In this document: positions 13,950 to 26,900 of the stretch, piece after piece | Position numbering within the stretch: position 1 is the first letter of the stretch | How the letters are laid out: every line of letters starts with the position of its first letter | Assembly (NCBI RefSeq): GCF_009914755.1 | Contig: NC_060936.1 | Reading direction: 5' to 3' (one strand) | From: the human T2T-CHM13v2.0 reference genome, Homo sapiens | DNA: 64,000 nucleotides | Translations under genes and position numbers: made by a program | Notes under the pieces: generated by a model | The model's database searches: none | What the model was told of the DNA's origin: nothing | The model's input: the letters and a program-made list of their open reading frames with translations, nothing else

Positions 13950-14095
13950 TAGGCTCAGATTCTAACTTTGACATTTACTTGCTGGGTGAACGTGGCCATT
14001 TTATTTAACCTATTCCTGTCTGTTTCCTCACCTGTAAAATAGGAAAAATAATAGCACTTACATCATAGGGTTATTGGTAAGAATTATAAAAGATT
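13950..14095 (+). mobile_element. MIR fragment
   Basis: acttgctgggtga...tctgtttcctcacctgtaaaatagg...catagggttattg. Confidence 0.65.
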
Positions 14096-14457
14096 TGGCA
14101 GTGACTTCAATATAAGTACTCAGAAAAAAGCATAATTTTTATTAAAATGTACAGTATAAATTTCCCCTTTTTGAATGACTAATAATTTTATACCATGTAA
14201 ATTTTATATTGTTAGCAGTTCAAGTCCAAAGAGAACAATAGTGTAGACTTGTTGTCATCCAGGTAATTACTTGGAAGTCTTTTGCAGACAGGCACATTTA
14301 AGCTGTATAATCTAAATTTGAAAATAGATGTTTTCTCATTTTGAGCGTGTTATACCAGAAAACCCTGTCTTTGATCCCATCTCTGTACTCTGTCACTGAT
14401 TAGCTATGTATCTCTGACAACAGCCCTTATAGACTTCGGTGTCCTTTTGTAAAATGG

Positions 14458-14461
<4 letters not shown>

Positions 14462-14488
<27 letters not shown>
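14462..14488. repeat. (TA)n microsatellite
   Basis: About 13 TA units. Confidence 0.9.
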
Positions 14489-16204
14489 GTTTTAGTGGAC
14501 TCTTAAATGTATGTGATCTACCTTAAATATTGAAATGTTTCTATTATTTGTCTGTAGTGCATGATTTAATTGTAAAAATGTTGAAAACATAAATTTAGAG
14601 AAAGAGAGTAGGGGTGTGGCAAATGAGACTCTGCATTGAACCATGAATGACAGAATGACAGGAGATCATTCAGGCCGTTTCCCCAGTCCTTTACTAGGTT
14701 AAAAAGTGACAGAAACAGGTCTCAGTAGCTGTTCGTAAACTTGTTTTTAGTCAACTTTGAAGAACCCCCAAGGTAAGAAACATAACACTAACAAGGACTT
14801 TGATAGATCATTATTTTTGTATGCCCCATAGGTGAAATTTTATGGAACATTCTCAGTCAGCATTCTCTAAGAGGAATTTTTAAAGTGAGAGTGAAAGAAT
14901 ATAATGGGTGCAAAACAAGAATAGTAAGAGAGGGGGTCATGCAAATAGGAAAGAAAGAATAGTCCATAGAGGCAGCCACCATCTGAAGTACAGAAAGGTA
15001 GCCCAAAGAAGGGTAGCAATTTGAACACTATGATTTTGAATGGGAAAATAAGAATCAAAAAAATCAACACTGAAGTTTGTCCTGCCAACTGCAATGAAAG
15101 AGGAATTCAATCAGCTGGATAGGCTGAGCACAATTAGTGGTATCCACTCTTGATGACATCCTGTGAGCATTTGAAAGAATCAGGAAACAGAAATAGCATA
15201 AATAGTAGGGATATGATATATGAGCGTAATAAAATGTATTTCAAAAACTCGAGAGCATGGGTAGGGGGAGGTGGTGACAAGAGAGGAGTGAAGATAAAAC
15301 TGTATTTATAAAAGCATAAAACAAAAAGCATGCTTTAAATAACTTTTTATTCCCTCCTCCATATTGTTCTTTTTCTCCTCTTTCACCTCTTTCTAACTCC
15401 CCAATATTAATGTTAGTGAGAAAAATGGATAAAAAGACTTTGCCAGGTCTAGTCAGAAATATATTTCAGTTCTTTTTCCCCTAACTTCAGATCTTTAATA
15501 ATTACAGCCAAAGAAAGAAAAAAGAAAAACAGAAGACAAATTTGTCATCTAATGTATCTAGGCATTTAAAATCAGGTCAGATTCCAACAGTCTTTTTCAA
15601 CTGACCAATTTCTCTCTTTTATGTTAACTTTGGGGTAAACAGTTCTCAGAATCCTTAGCTATCTGGCTGAGAACAGCCTAAGAAACTGGAAGGAGATATC
15701 AGTAAAGTAATAGTGAAATAAGCTGCATGCATCAGGCCATTTGCTTACATTTTCCCTGGTTTCCTGAAGGATTTATTGAGAGCGCATGGTAATGGAAACT
15801 AAAAAAAGAAAAAAAAAAAAGAAAGAAAGAACTCAGGGTTAGAATTATGTATGGTTGGGTTTTTTTCATTGACAAAAGAATCAGAAGAGTGGTCAGTTCT
15901 TAAATGCCTTCCTTTGTGCTGAGAACAAAGTAGTTTTGTCATTTTATTTTCTACCTCAACACTTTTCTGTCCATTCTAAACAAAAAAAATAAGCAAGTAA
16001 CATCAGCCTACACTGCTTGAAAACCTTCCTGCTGAGAGACACTGCAGGGCTGGCCCTGGGTTGAAGTCCGACCGTCCACGTTTGTCTCCGTGCTCTATTT
16101 TTTGCCACAAACTGATTCCTTAATACACAGAGTATCTTCACATTCCCAAATTTTCCTCACCTACATCAAAATTACTGGAAAACATTTTACTTTCTATGTT
16201 GTCC

Positions 16205-16792
16205 TATAAACCAAAGAGTATCTGAGACAAGTCTCAAGAAAGTTTATTTTGCCAAGGTTATGAATGCACCTGTGACACAGCCTCAGGAGGTCCTGACGAC
16301 CTGTTCCCGAGGTTGCTGGGATACAGCTTGGTTTTATGTATTTTAGGGGGACATGAGATATCAATCAACACATGTAAGATGTACATTGGTTCCATCTGGG
16401 AAGGTGGGACAACTCAAAATGGGGGGCTTCCAGATCAGAGGTAGATTTAAGGATTTTCTGATTGGCAATTGGTTGAAAGAGTTATTACCAATAGAAAAGA
16501 ATGTCTGTATTACCATACAGACTTGTGGGTGGCGGAAATCAAGGTTTTCTCCCGCAGATGAAGCCTTCAGGTAGCAAGCTTCAGAAAATAGATTGTAAAT
16601 GCTTCTTATTAGACTTAAGAAGTCTGTTCTATCAATAATTCCCAAAGGGAGGAGGGTGTAATGAGGCATGTCTGGCTGCCCCTTCCCATCACTTCCTGAA
16701 CTAGTTTTTCAGGTTACTTTTGGACTGCCCTTGCCAAGAAAAGGGTTCCTTTCAGATGGCTGGGGGGCTTAGAATTTTATTTTTGGTTTACT
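16205..16792 (-). mobile_element. Solo ERV1 LTR, MER4A-like
   Basis: Minus strand begins gtaaaccaaaaataaaattctaagcccccc (MER4 5' end); flanked by the 4-bp TSD GTCC at 16201-16204 and 16793-16796. Confidence 0.85.
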
Positions 16793-17002
16793 GTCCCTGC
16801 TTTCTTTTAAGTAATAAGTGGTAAATGAATACTCTGTAAACAGATCCCTGGCAATGACTGACAAAGTACTAATTAATAACTCCTGCCAAGTAGCTAAGAT
16901 GCTCAGAAATCTTTTAAAGAAGTAATGACAATAATAATATTGTTAATAGATAAGGTTTCCTGATGGCTTTCTATGTACCAGGCTGAGAACTACATTCTTT
17001 AA

Positions 17003-17352
<350 letters not shown>

Positions 17353-19402
17353 TAAAAACAATCCTATATGTTCGGTTTTTATTACTCTTGTTTTACAGAT
17401 GAGTAAACAGGAACTTAACGATTTTAAGAAACTTGCCCAAGATAAATCAGGGCACAGAACTGAAAGCTGAGTCTATCTTAATTCTAAAATCCCTGTTTTT
17501 TAATACAATTATGATTTTAATAGTATTATTTTTCTCAGGCATTTTTGGGGAGATATTTGTAGGCAATTACTAGATGGAAAAATCTACTTCATATCAGTGG
17601 AACCATTACCGAGTAAAATTCCCACACCAGGGTTTTGAAGATACCAACACACCCCTTTCCATTTGTCTTCTCGATTCCACCTCTTCATGATGATATAGTA
17701 TTTCAAGACAATTGGAAAAATGAAGACTGTATTGTGGATGACAATTATGTTTACAGAACTGCCTGAACATTAATTATAATAAATTTATTTATCTATACAC
17801 CAAATATTTATGAAGAACCTACCATAGGCCAGACATGTATCCGAGAAAACAATGGACAAGTATAATTATAGTGTTTTGCTCAACAATATTACCCTTAAAT
17901 GAGTGGATGACTGAATTATTATGCATATAATGTCTCAACAAATACACTAATAATATGCAGTTTTATTCTGACCTTTATGAAATATTACTCATTTGACACC
18001 TCAAGAACATCAGAGAATAACAGCAGGGAAATGATTTACATTTTAATGGTTAATGACTAACCTATGATAATTTTGTCTTAAATTCCCTTTAACATTTTCT
18101 GAATGCCATACCCCTATGCTCAGAAAAAGTAACTGAATACATGCATTACAGGGCTTTTTCTTCATTTGAGAAATTCTTTTATTATTCACCTCTAATTTTT
18201 TATTTTAACACTCTGAAATATTCTACTTAGTAATTGACTTAGGATGCTGCATTATGTGAAGTAATGAACTTCTTGGTTCTGATCAAGAATGTACACTGTA
18301 TTTCAATGTGTTTTCTTACATATGAAAAATGCAATATGTTCTCTCTGAATATCAAATGTGTTCTGTTATGTGTCTATTTTCAATTATTTAACATTAAGAA
18401 GTCTAAGTATACTATTATAGGTTACAAATTTATAAAAGTTCGCTTGCTTTTCTTATATGTGATATATTTCCAAATAATAAAATTTACTGTCATGGATAGG
18501 GTATGTGTCTTGTGTTATTTTAACATTGGTGGTGATGTGTTTTTGTTGATCTGCACACACTTTCTTTCTTGGGACCACTTTAAGGAAATGGGTGAAGGTT
18601 TGGGGTGTTGGCCATACCTCTGCAAATACCAATGTTCTTATAAAGAAAAAGGCCATCTAAGCTAAGCAACCCAACTGATATATAAATATAAAGGTATATA
18701 TTTCAGCTGAAAGATAAAGACAAATGTCCTCTTTAGTATTACATTAATTATGAAAAATGATGGTGCTACTTAATAAAAATTATTAATTATTATATTAAAT
18801 ATGCCTAAATCAATTGGGGGTGGACTCCTTTCTGGTGCAAATAGAACAAGTGATATGTATGTTTAGTTATAAACATTCTGAAATGTCTATACTAGGAGCT
18901 GTCTATTAACTGAGAGACTTCTTTAGCTTTTGAAGTGATAGATGCCACTTCACCACTTAAAGGACATTTTTCTCTTATTTTTATTTGTCTTATTTGAAGA
19001 CAAAAAGCTCTTCAAAGCCCAAAAAGTTGTGTCTCACTTATCTTTTAATTTCTATTTCCCAGCACAGTGCACTGTTGAAAGGAAAAAGGAATCATATTGG
19101 TACTGAGTTATGAAGCATCTATGAAAACCTATTTTTAACATTGTTTTTTGTTCTGCCAGAACAATTCTTCTAAGACTCTTCAATATAATTTGAGGTTTTA
19201 AGAGCATTCCTGGTATATCTCTGAATTGACAATTATTTTCTATATATTATATAAGTAGAAACATTTTTAATATTACTTATTCTTATGACTATAACTAACA
19301 TGAAATGTATTATGCAAAATGATACATGAAATTATTCCCAGAAATTTCCACTTCAAGTAAAATGAATTACCTATAACATTTAGAGTTATAAGAAAGTATG
19401 TG

Positions 19403-19716
19403 GGCCAGTGCGGTGGTTCACACCTGTAGTCCCAACACTTTGGAATGCCTAGGCATGAGGATCACTTGAGCCCAGAACTTGGAGACCAGCCTGGACAACA
19501 CGGTGAAACCCAGTCTCTGCAAAAGAGTACACACATGCACACAAAAATTAGTTGGGTGTTGTGGAGTGCTTGTAGTCCCAGCTACTTGGGCGGCTGAGCT
19601 GGGAGGATCTCTTGAGCTGGGGAGGCAGGGAGAGGCTGCAGTGAGCCATGATCATCCCCACTGCACTCCAGCCTGGGTGACAGAGTGAGAACCTAACTCA
19701 AAAAAAAAAAAAAAAA
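19403..19716 (+). mobile_element. AluJ
   Basis: Diverged dimer with J-type ggaggatc...ttgagc / gaggctgcagtgagccatgatc and a poly(A) tail. Confidence 0.92.
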
Positions 19717-20160
19717 GCCACAAAGAACAAAGAGGATGTGTTCAGTTCTGGGGAGGCAGAATGACAATAGACCAAATGTTCCCATATCTAAACTGAATTG
19801 TGCTACCATCTGATTCATGCATTCAGCAAGAATTCATTAAATCATGCTATGCTACAATCTGTTAGGTCCCCTTGGTGCCAATTGCATATAATGAGTCAGA
19901 GATTACTATATCTGCATAACAATGTCATTTTTAAATGATAGCATTTATCCCCTTCCTTAAAAAGAGATACATGAAATCATTCAGTGAAAACTACAAATGA
20001 TATCACTTCTTATAATCTATATTTAAAAGAAATGCAGACACACTGATTATATTGGACAAATGTTCTTTAGATTAATGGTTAGAAGACATTTTTATATTCT
20101 AATGTGTGTTTGACTCACTAGATGGAATTCACTGATTCATTACCCACATTTTCATTTCAG

Positions 20161-20319
20161 GCCCTCCAGGCCCTCCAGGTGGTCTGAGAATAGAAGACAT
20201 TAGAGCCACTTCTGTGGCACTTACTTGGAGCCGTGGTTCAGACAATCATAGTCCTATTTCTAAATACACTATCCAGACCAAGACTATTCTTTCAGATGAC
20301 TGGAAAGATGCAAAGACAG
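20161..20319 (+). CDS. CNTN1: CNTN1 internal coding exon: GPPGPP hinge and first half of FNIII-1
   Basis: ttcatttcag|GC...ACAG|gtgagt; 159 nt, phase 1-1; translates (G)PPGPPGGLRIEDIRATSVALTWSRGSDNHSPISKYTIQTKTILSDDWKDAKT(D), recognisable as contactin-1. Confidence 0.97.
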
Positions 20320-21779
20320 GTGAGTTTTATTTGTCTGATTAATCCGTGCATGTTTTCAAAGTGAATTCTTTTCTCAAAAACAAAAATTTGGAGGTTTTAA
20401 AAATGTCATTATCTACCTTGAAAGGCTTTCTTTCTTAAATTTTTTAAAATGTATTCTAATATTTTGGTAATGAAGAAAATTACATAGAATTTACACATTT
20501 AAATGTGTTAAAGCTATAGAAAAAGAAGTATCATTTCTAAATCAATATATAATGGAAAGCAAAATGAGGCCTCCTGGGTTTCTTACTTGAGTTTTGTGTG
20601 AGATTTACTGCCCCAAAATCATCGGGAAGTCTATTTTTGAGCAAATAGCATTTATAGCATATTATTTATGACCCTTTTTATTTGGGTATATATGTACTAT
20701 AGTTCTGAATTTCTAAAAAACCACATTGATCATAAATCTTAAATTAAGCATCCAAATCTTACTACTATAACCCTTTATGTGAATGATCTCACCCGGTTTG
20801 AATTTCCTCAAAACAGATTTTTAAAGACATTTTGGATCTTTCAACCTTTTTCTTTTCTTATATTAAGATTTTCTAAAGTTGATCGGGAAAAATTAACTAA
20901 GAATAAGTGGGTACTTTCCTTTGTCTACAACTTTGCCATTTGTCATGACTAGCCTACAATATCACACATTAATACATATATTTTCTCCTGTAAAATGGAA
21001 GATTGAAGACCTTTTTGATAAAATAACCTGTTTATCTTTGTAACTTTTGACAATATTTTTAAACAAACTTGTCATTGCCAGAATTCTTTAAGATGGAAAA
21101 GAGGAGACATAGAAATATTTTCCCAGTTGTCACAAGAGGAGAAATGAGACACGAGTGTGTGAATAAAATGTTCCTCCTTTTTAAAAAACTAAAAAAAAAA
21201 AAAATACTCTAATCTCCCAAATCTGCTTTCATTTTAGATTTATCTTAACATAATGGAAATCCCATTTCCAAAATGCCAATATTTGTATTGCTCACTAAGA
21301 TATTTTAATTTAAATTTACTTCTATTTGATACTTCTCTCCCTCCAGGGAAATAAATCAAATATAAACTTGAGGTCTGTTGCAAGGATTTAGGATATATTT
21401 TAATATCAGATGATTCCCCACCTAAGTGTATAAAGTTGCAATAAATTAGAAATAGGTGAAATATTTCCATTACATTATGCTTATTGTTTTAAGAATTATC
21501 TGTAAATATTCTTGACAAAATCAGATCATCTGAAAAATAATTTTAAAAACCTTTTAGATACTTTATAAACCTAAAGCATGGGCAGTTTCTACTTTTCTGA
21601 AGAGAATGGAAAAGTATGATAATAATGAAACTATTAGAAATCTAGCCACATTAAAATAAATAAATGGTTTAAATTTGGTTTGGCCCTGAAAAAAGAAATA
21701 CTAATTGCAATCATTTTCATTATTTATGTATGCTTACTATGTAGCTCAATTTAAATATGCTTCTTATTTTAAAATATCC

Positions 21780-22095
21780 ACTAGAAAGTAAGTTCCATGA
21801 AGGTAAAAACTGTTTTATTCACTGTTCTATCTCTAGCACCTATATCAGGGCCCACAGTGCTCATTCATTAAACATGTTTATTGAGTCCCCACTGTGTGTC
21901 AGAACCTATTCTAGATGCAGTATGTATAGGTGAGTAGCAGTGAACATAATAACAACAATAAAACCTGTCTTCAAGGAGCTTATATTATAGTAGAAGAGAT
22001 GCCAATACAGAATTAAAATATATAGTAAGTCATGTGGTGATGAATGCTAGAGAGAAACAACAGAAAAGAGGAATGGGGAAGTAGGAGATGTGTTT
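21780..22095. mobile_element. L2 fragments
   Basis: ctagaaagtaagttccatgaagg...ctagcacct and cattcattaaacatgtttattgag...ggagcttatatt motifs typical of the L2 3' end. Confidence 0.55.
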
Positions 22096-22111
22096 TAAAT
22101 AGGGTATTTCT

Positions 22112-22358
22112 CATATTCTCACTCATAGGTGGGAATTGAATAATGAGAACACTTGGACACAGGGTGGGGAACATCACACACCGGGGCCTGTCTTGGGGTG
22201 GGGGGAGGGGGGAGGATAGCATTAGGAGATATACCTAATGTAAATGATGAGTTAATGGGTGCAGTAAACCAACATGGCACATGTATACATATGTAACAAA
22301 CCTGCACATTGTGCACATGTACCCTAGAACTTAAAGTATAATAAAATAAATAAATAAG
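22112..22358 (+). mobile_element. 5'-truncated L1PA 3' end (includes G-rich G4 tract)
   Basis: ttctcactcataggtgggaattgaa...accctagaacttaaagtataat(aaat)n; TSD taaatagggta(t/c)ttct at 22096-22111 and 22359-22374. Confidence 0.93.
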
Positions 22359-22974
22359 TAAATAGGGTACTTCTGATATTAGTAATAGCCACTGCTGCTT
22401 TCTGAAAGTTCCTATTTCCATTATATATCTTTTCCAATTCTTCTACTTTCATTGAATTTGGGTCTTTGAATCTAAAGTATGTTTTCTGTTGGCCACATAT
22501 AGTTGGATTTTTCATCCAGTTTGATAGTCTCTGCCTTTTGATTGAATTAATCAATTAACATTTAATGTTATTATTGATACAGTTGGATTGTAGCTGCATT
22601 GTATTTTTGCTTTCTAAATATTTTACTATTTTTGTTCCTCTTTTCCTTGTTCACTGCTTTCTTTTGGAAGAAGTGAGCATTTTCTAGTGTAACATTTTAA
22701 TTCCTTTGATGATATTCACCGTGTGTGTGTGTGTGTGTGTGTGTGAGTGTATGTGTGTATGTGTGTATATGTATAATCCTGCTCTGAAGGGAAGTTTATA
22801 TTCACTATACATGTGTATATTCAAACACATACATACTTAATGAATACTCTAGGGCTTACCAGATACATTTGAATTTATCAGAATAGGTTTTATAATTTTA
22901 TTAGCTTAAATTTTCAGTGAATATGAAAGTGTTTCTCCTACATAGTTCTATTTCATTCTTCCTCTTTTGTGCTA

Positions 22975-23245
22975 TTACAGTACTATATATATATACTATA
23001 TATTATATTACTATATATTAATAGCATATATAGTAATATAGTTATATATTACTATAATACTGTATATTAATATTTTGTTATATATGCTATTATAGCATAT
23101 TTTATTATATGCTATTATAGCATATTTTATTATATGCTATTATAGCATATTTTATTATATGCTGTGTCATATATAGTAATATATATATTGCTATAATAGC
23201 ATATAATATATGATATTAATATTTAGTAATATATTATTAAATATA
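22975..23245. repeat. AT-rich low-complexity block with a 25-bp palindromic minisatellite (23081-23163)
   Basis: Unit tatatgctattatagcatattttat at 23081, 23106, 23131 and, partially, 23156. Confidence 0.9.
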
Positions 23246-23532
23246 TTACTCACACACAGAGGATTAAATATATTACGCACAAAAGAGGAAGATGAAATAA
23301 AGCTATCTAGGGGAAACACTTTTATACTCAGTGAAATAGATATAAATATATATATTACATCTCTATATGTCACAAACCCAATAATCTTATATTAATATTA
23401 TCACTTTCTATAAATGTTTGCCTATTAAACCAATATGTTTATATTATCTTTTGTTAATTTGTCTGTTATATTATCCTTTATATTTACTACTTCTAATCCT
23501 CCTCACTTGTTCATGTTGATTTGAATTTCATC

Positions 23533-23947
23533 TGTCTAAGTCTATTTTGCATTGCTATAAAGAAATATCTGAGGCCGGGTGATTTTGAAAGAAAAGAGTT
23601 TTATTTGGCTCACAGTTCTGCAGGATATACAAGAATCATAGTGCCAGCATCTGCTCCTTGCGAGAGCTTCAGGAAGCTTTCATTCATGGTGAAAGCAAAT
23701 TGGCTTGTCACATGGTGAGAGAGGGAGCAACAAAGAGAGAAGCAAGGTGCTAGGCTCTTCGTAACAATCAGTTCTTGCACGAGCTAATAAAGCAAGAACT
23801 CACTCATTATTGGAAGAAAGGCACAAAGTCATTCATTGGGAATCCACCCCCATGACCCAAACTCCTCTTATTAGGCCCCACCTCCAATATTGGGGATCAA
23901 ATTTCAACATGAGATTTAGAGTGGACAAATATACCAACTATGTATCA
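23533..23947 (-). mobile_element. Solo MaLR LTR (MST family)
   Basis: tgtct..agtc...gctataaagaaatatctgag...ggctcacagttctgcagg...caaatttcaacatgagattt...tatca; 5-bp TSD tcatc / ccatc. Confidence 0.85.
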
Positions 23948-26900
23948 CCATCTGATATGATTTCTTTACAACTTTGCTCCTACCTGTCCCCTTTGTGCAG
24001 CTAGTATCAAATATATTACATTTAAATATATTATAGATCCAATAAGACAATTATATATATACATGCATATATAAATGCACAACATATGTGTGAATATATA
24101 TACATACATATATAGTTTTCTACAATTACTTTTAAATAAGTTAAGAGAAGATAGAAGAAAAAATAAGTATTTATATCATCTTTTATAATTACAAAATTAC
24201 CTTTACCAATGCTCATTATTTTGGGGGAGTTTATTCAAATTGCTGTTTGGGATCAACTACTTTCAACTTGAAGAACTTTAATTTTGTTTTGTAAGATAAG
24301 TCTTTTACTAACAGTTTCTCTCAGTTTTTGTTTATCTAGGAGTGCATTTTGCCTTTGGTTTTAAAATATATTTGCTTGGATATGATATTCTTGGTTGACA
24401 GTTTTTGTTTTTCTTTTCTTTTTCACTGCTTTGAATATGTCATCTTAGATGCCTTTTTTAGGCTGAGAAGATTGTTTTCTATTCTATTTGCTGAAAAGTG
24501 TCTCAAAATCCCTTTATATTTACCAGTATATTTATTATATCTGGGTTCCTCATTCCTTTCTGTAAAACTCTTTTTTTATCTGGTATAATTTGCATTACTA
24601 AGAAACTTATAGCATTTCAAATTGTTCAGGTTGTTGGACTCAAAGGTTTTTACATTTTTTCTATCAGAAAATGTCTTTAATTTCATCTTTAAGTATTATT
24701 TTTATTTCATACAAAATCCAAATTGCTCTTCATTTTACTTTGATCACTTTAAAAACATTGTTCTGTTGTCTTTTGTCTCCATTGTTTTGGGTGAGAAGTC
24801 AGTTATTGTTTTAATCATAATTCCCTGCACTTGATATGTCCCTTTTATGTGACTGCTTCAAGATTTCTTTTTGTATTTGCTTTTCAGCTTGATAAAATGC
24901 ATTTATCCTAATGGAGCTTGGCTTCTTGTATTCTTAGGTTGATATTTTCTTCAACTTTGGAAAATTCTTAGCCATTCATTACCTCTTGAAATATTTCCTC
25001 TGCTCTACTCTCTCTTCTTGGTTTCTCTTGACACATATGTTAGATTGTTTGATGTTGTTCCACAGATAATGGACAGTGTGTGTGTGTCTGTGTGTGTGTG
25101 TGTGCACGCACGCATGTGTCTGTTTATCTGCGTGTCTGTGTTTCTGTATGGATAATGGCTAATTTCCTCTCTTGCTTACATAGATAATTTATTTTGTTGG
25201 ATTCGGTCTGTGAATAATCCCATTAAAATACTTTTGACCTTCTGCTTTATTGTGTTCAGGAATTTTTATTTCTAGCATTTGGCTGCTTTTAATATTGTTC
25301 ACATAATATTCCATGGGAATTTCCTATTTGTTTATACAAGTTGTGCATGTTTTCCACTTGACATTTTTACATACTTAACATAGTTATGCTAAAACCCTAT
25401 GAGATGATTTAAACATCTAGACCATCTTAAAGTCTAGCTCTGTTGATTTATTTTTTCTTTCTTGACAGTGGGTCATATTTCTTTGTTTGCTCATGTGTCT
25501 GATAACTTTTTGCTCAATTCCAAACATTGTGTATAGAAGAACAGTGATTACTAAAGTAAATATTAATTGATGTCTGGGAAAGTGCATGTCATTACTTTAG
25601 GGACTGAGTCAATCAGATTTGTAGTTGAGATGATCTGAGCATTGTTAGATTCAGTTTAGCACAGGCTTCAAGTAATTCGAATGTATGATCAGACCTCCTA
25701 CATATCTGAGTGTCTGGAGGTTTTCCTGTCCTGCTATCAGATTTCGGCAGACTCTTCTACGTTGGACCCCACAGAGGGCTCTTTCAGTTCCCCTGCTTCT
25801 GCCCAGATACCTGCTGCTGATAATCAGTCTAAAGCCCAGAGTGCTCGGGCTTTTTACTCAGTTCTCCTTCTCTTCCCTTAGACTTCAACAGGTCCAAAGC
25901 ACCTGTCCCTCACGGGGAAGCAGATCTCTCTCAGCACTCCTGCCACTATCTCATGTTTGTGGTATCGGTGCCGCAGAGGGAAGTCTTTTTTGGCTCTTTT
26001 GTTCTGCCCCAAAACTTTCTTGAGTACACATGATGAAGGCCTATGAAAAATAATTGTCAAATTACTATAGATTCTCCTTGTTCTTTGATCTCCCCACGTT
26101 TTTAAACAGCCATACCAGCCTATACTTTGTCTGTAAATATCTGTTAGAAGTTAAACTGTTTTCTTCTTGCTAACATCTGTGACTACAACCTTCTTTCATC
26201 ACTGTTCTACCAATGATGAATTTTAGTCCATTGTGTCTTCACAAACTCAGCTCTCTAATGGGCTTTGAAAGATGGTGGTTTATAGATTATCTATGTGTTG
26301 TTTTTGTTAGTGTACTAGTGAAGTTCTCTTGTGACTGCATCCTAAGTGGAAGTGAAAAATATTTTCTGCAACAAATACAGAAATAAAAATCATATGGTTT
26401 TTATTTATAATGTGACCACTAGGAAACAAAGGTACAGGATTAAATTCAGCTTCATGAAGGTAAATACTTAAGATATGAAATAAATATGTTTCAAAGATAT
26501 CAATTTTCAGTGTTCCAAAGATTAAATTTAGAATAATGAGATGAAGAAATAGACTATGTACTTTTAAGGCAATCTATTGTAAATTTTACTTCTCTTGGAC
26601 TGTTTTTAGCAGATGGACAGCAGACAGCTTGATGCTGTTCCTGGAGTTGTACAAGATGCTCAGGTCGTTGTTAGAAAATTGTGTTTGATTCTATGCTGTT
26701 GTTTTCAGAGGACAAATGATAGAATATTGTTAGTGATGGTGTGTGTGTATGTAAGAAGATGTTGGCCAGAACATGAAGAGGCATAGTAACCATGCTATGA
26801 GAAATAGTTAAGAGAACCTGGAATAGATTATCCAACATGAAGAAAATATGTTTATATTTAAATTTCTGTGTTATGTAAGACTGAGTTGATTATTAAAATT

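Larger units (their letters stand above)
22370..26350 (-). mobile_element. Ancient L1M remnant (ORF2 endonuclease start, ORF1 and 5' region) with nested insertions
   Basis: ORF 22324..22554(-) INSIKRQRLSNWMKNPTIC..QKTYFR...KAAVAI resembles the L1 ORF2 endonuclease N-terminus; T-rich L1-like sequence continues to about 26.3 kb, boundary approximate. Confidence 0.65.

Noticed and set aside
18264-18665. 133-aa ORF (and the 128-aa ORF at 37714-38100)
   Set aside because: AT-rich biased composition, no recognisable domain and no splice context; likely chance.
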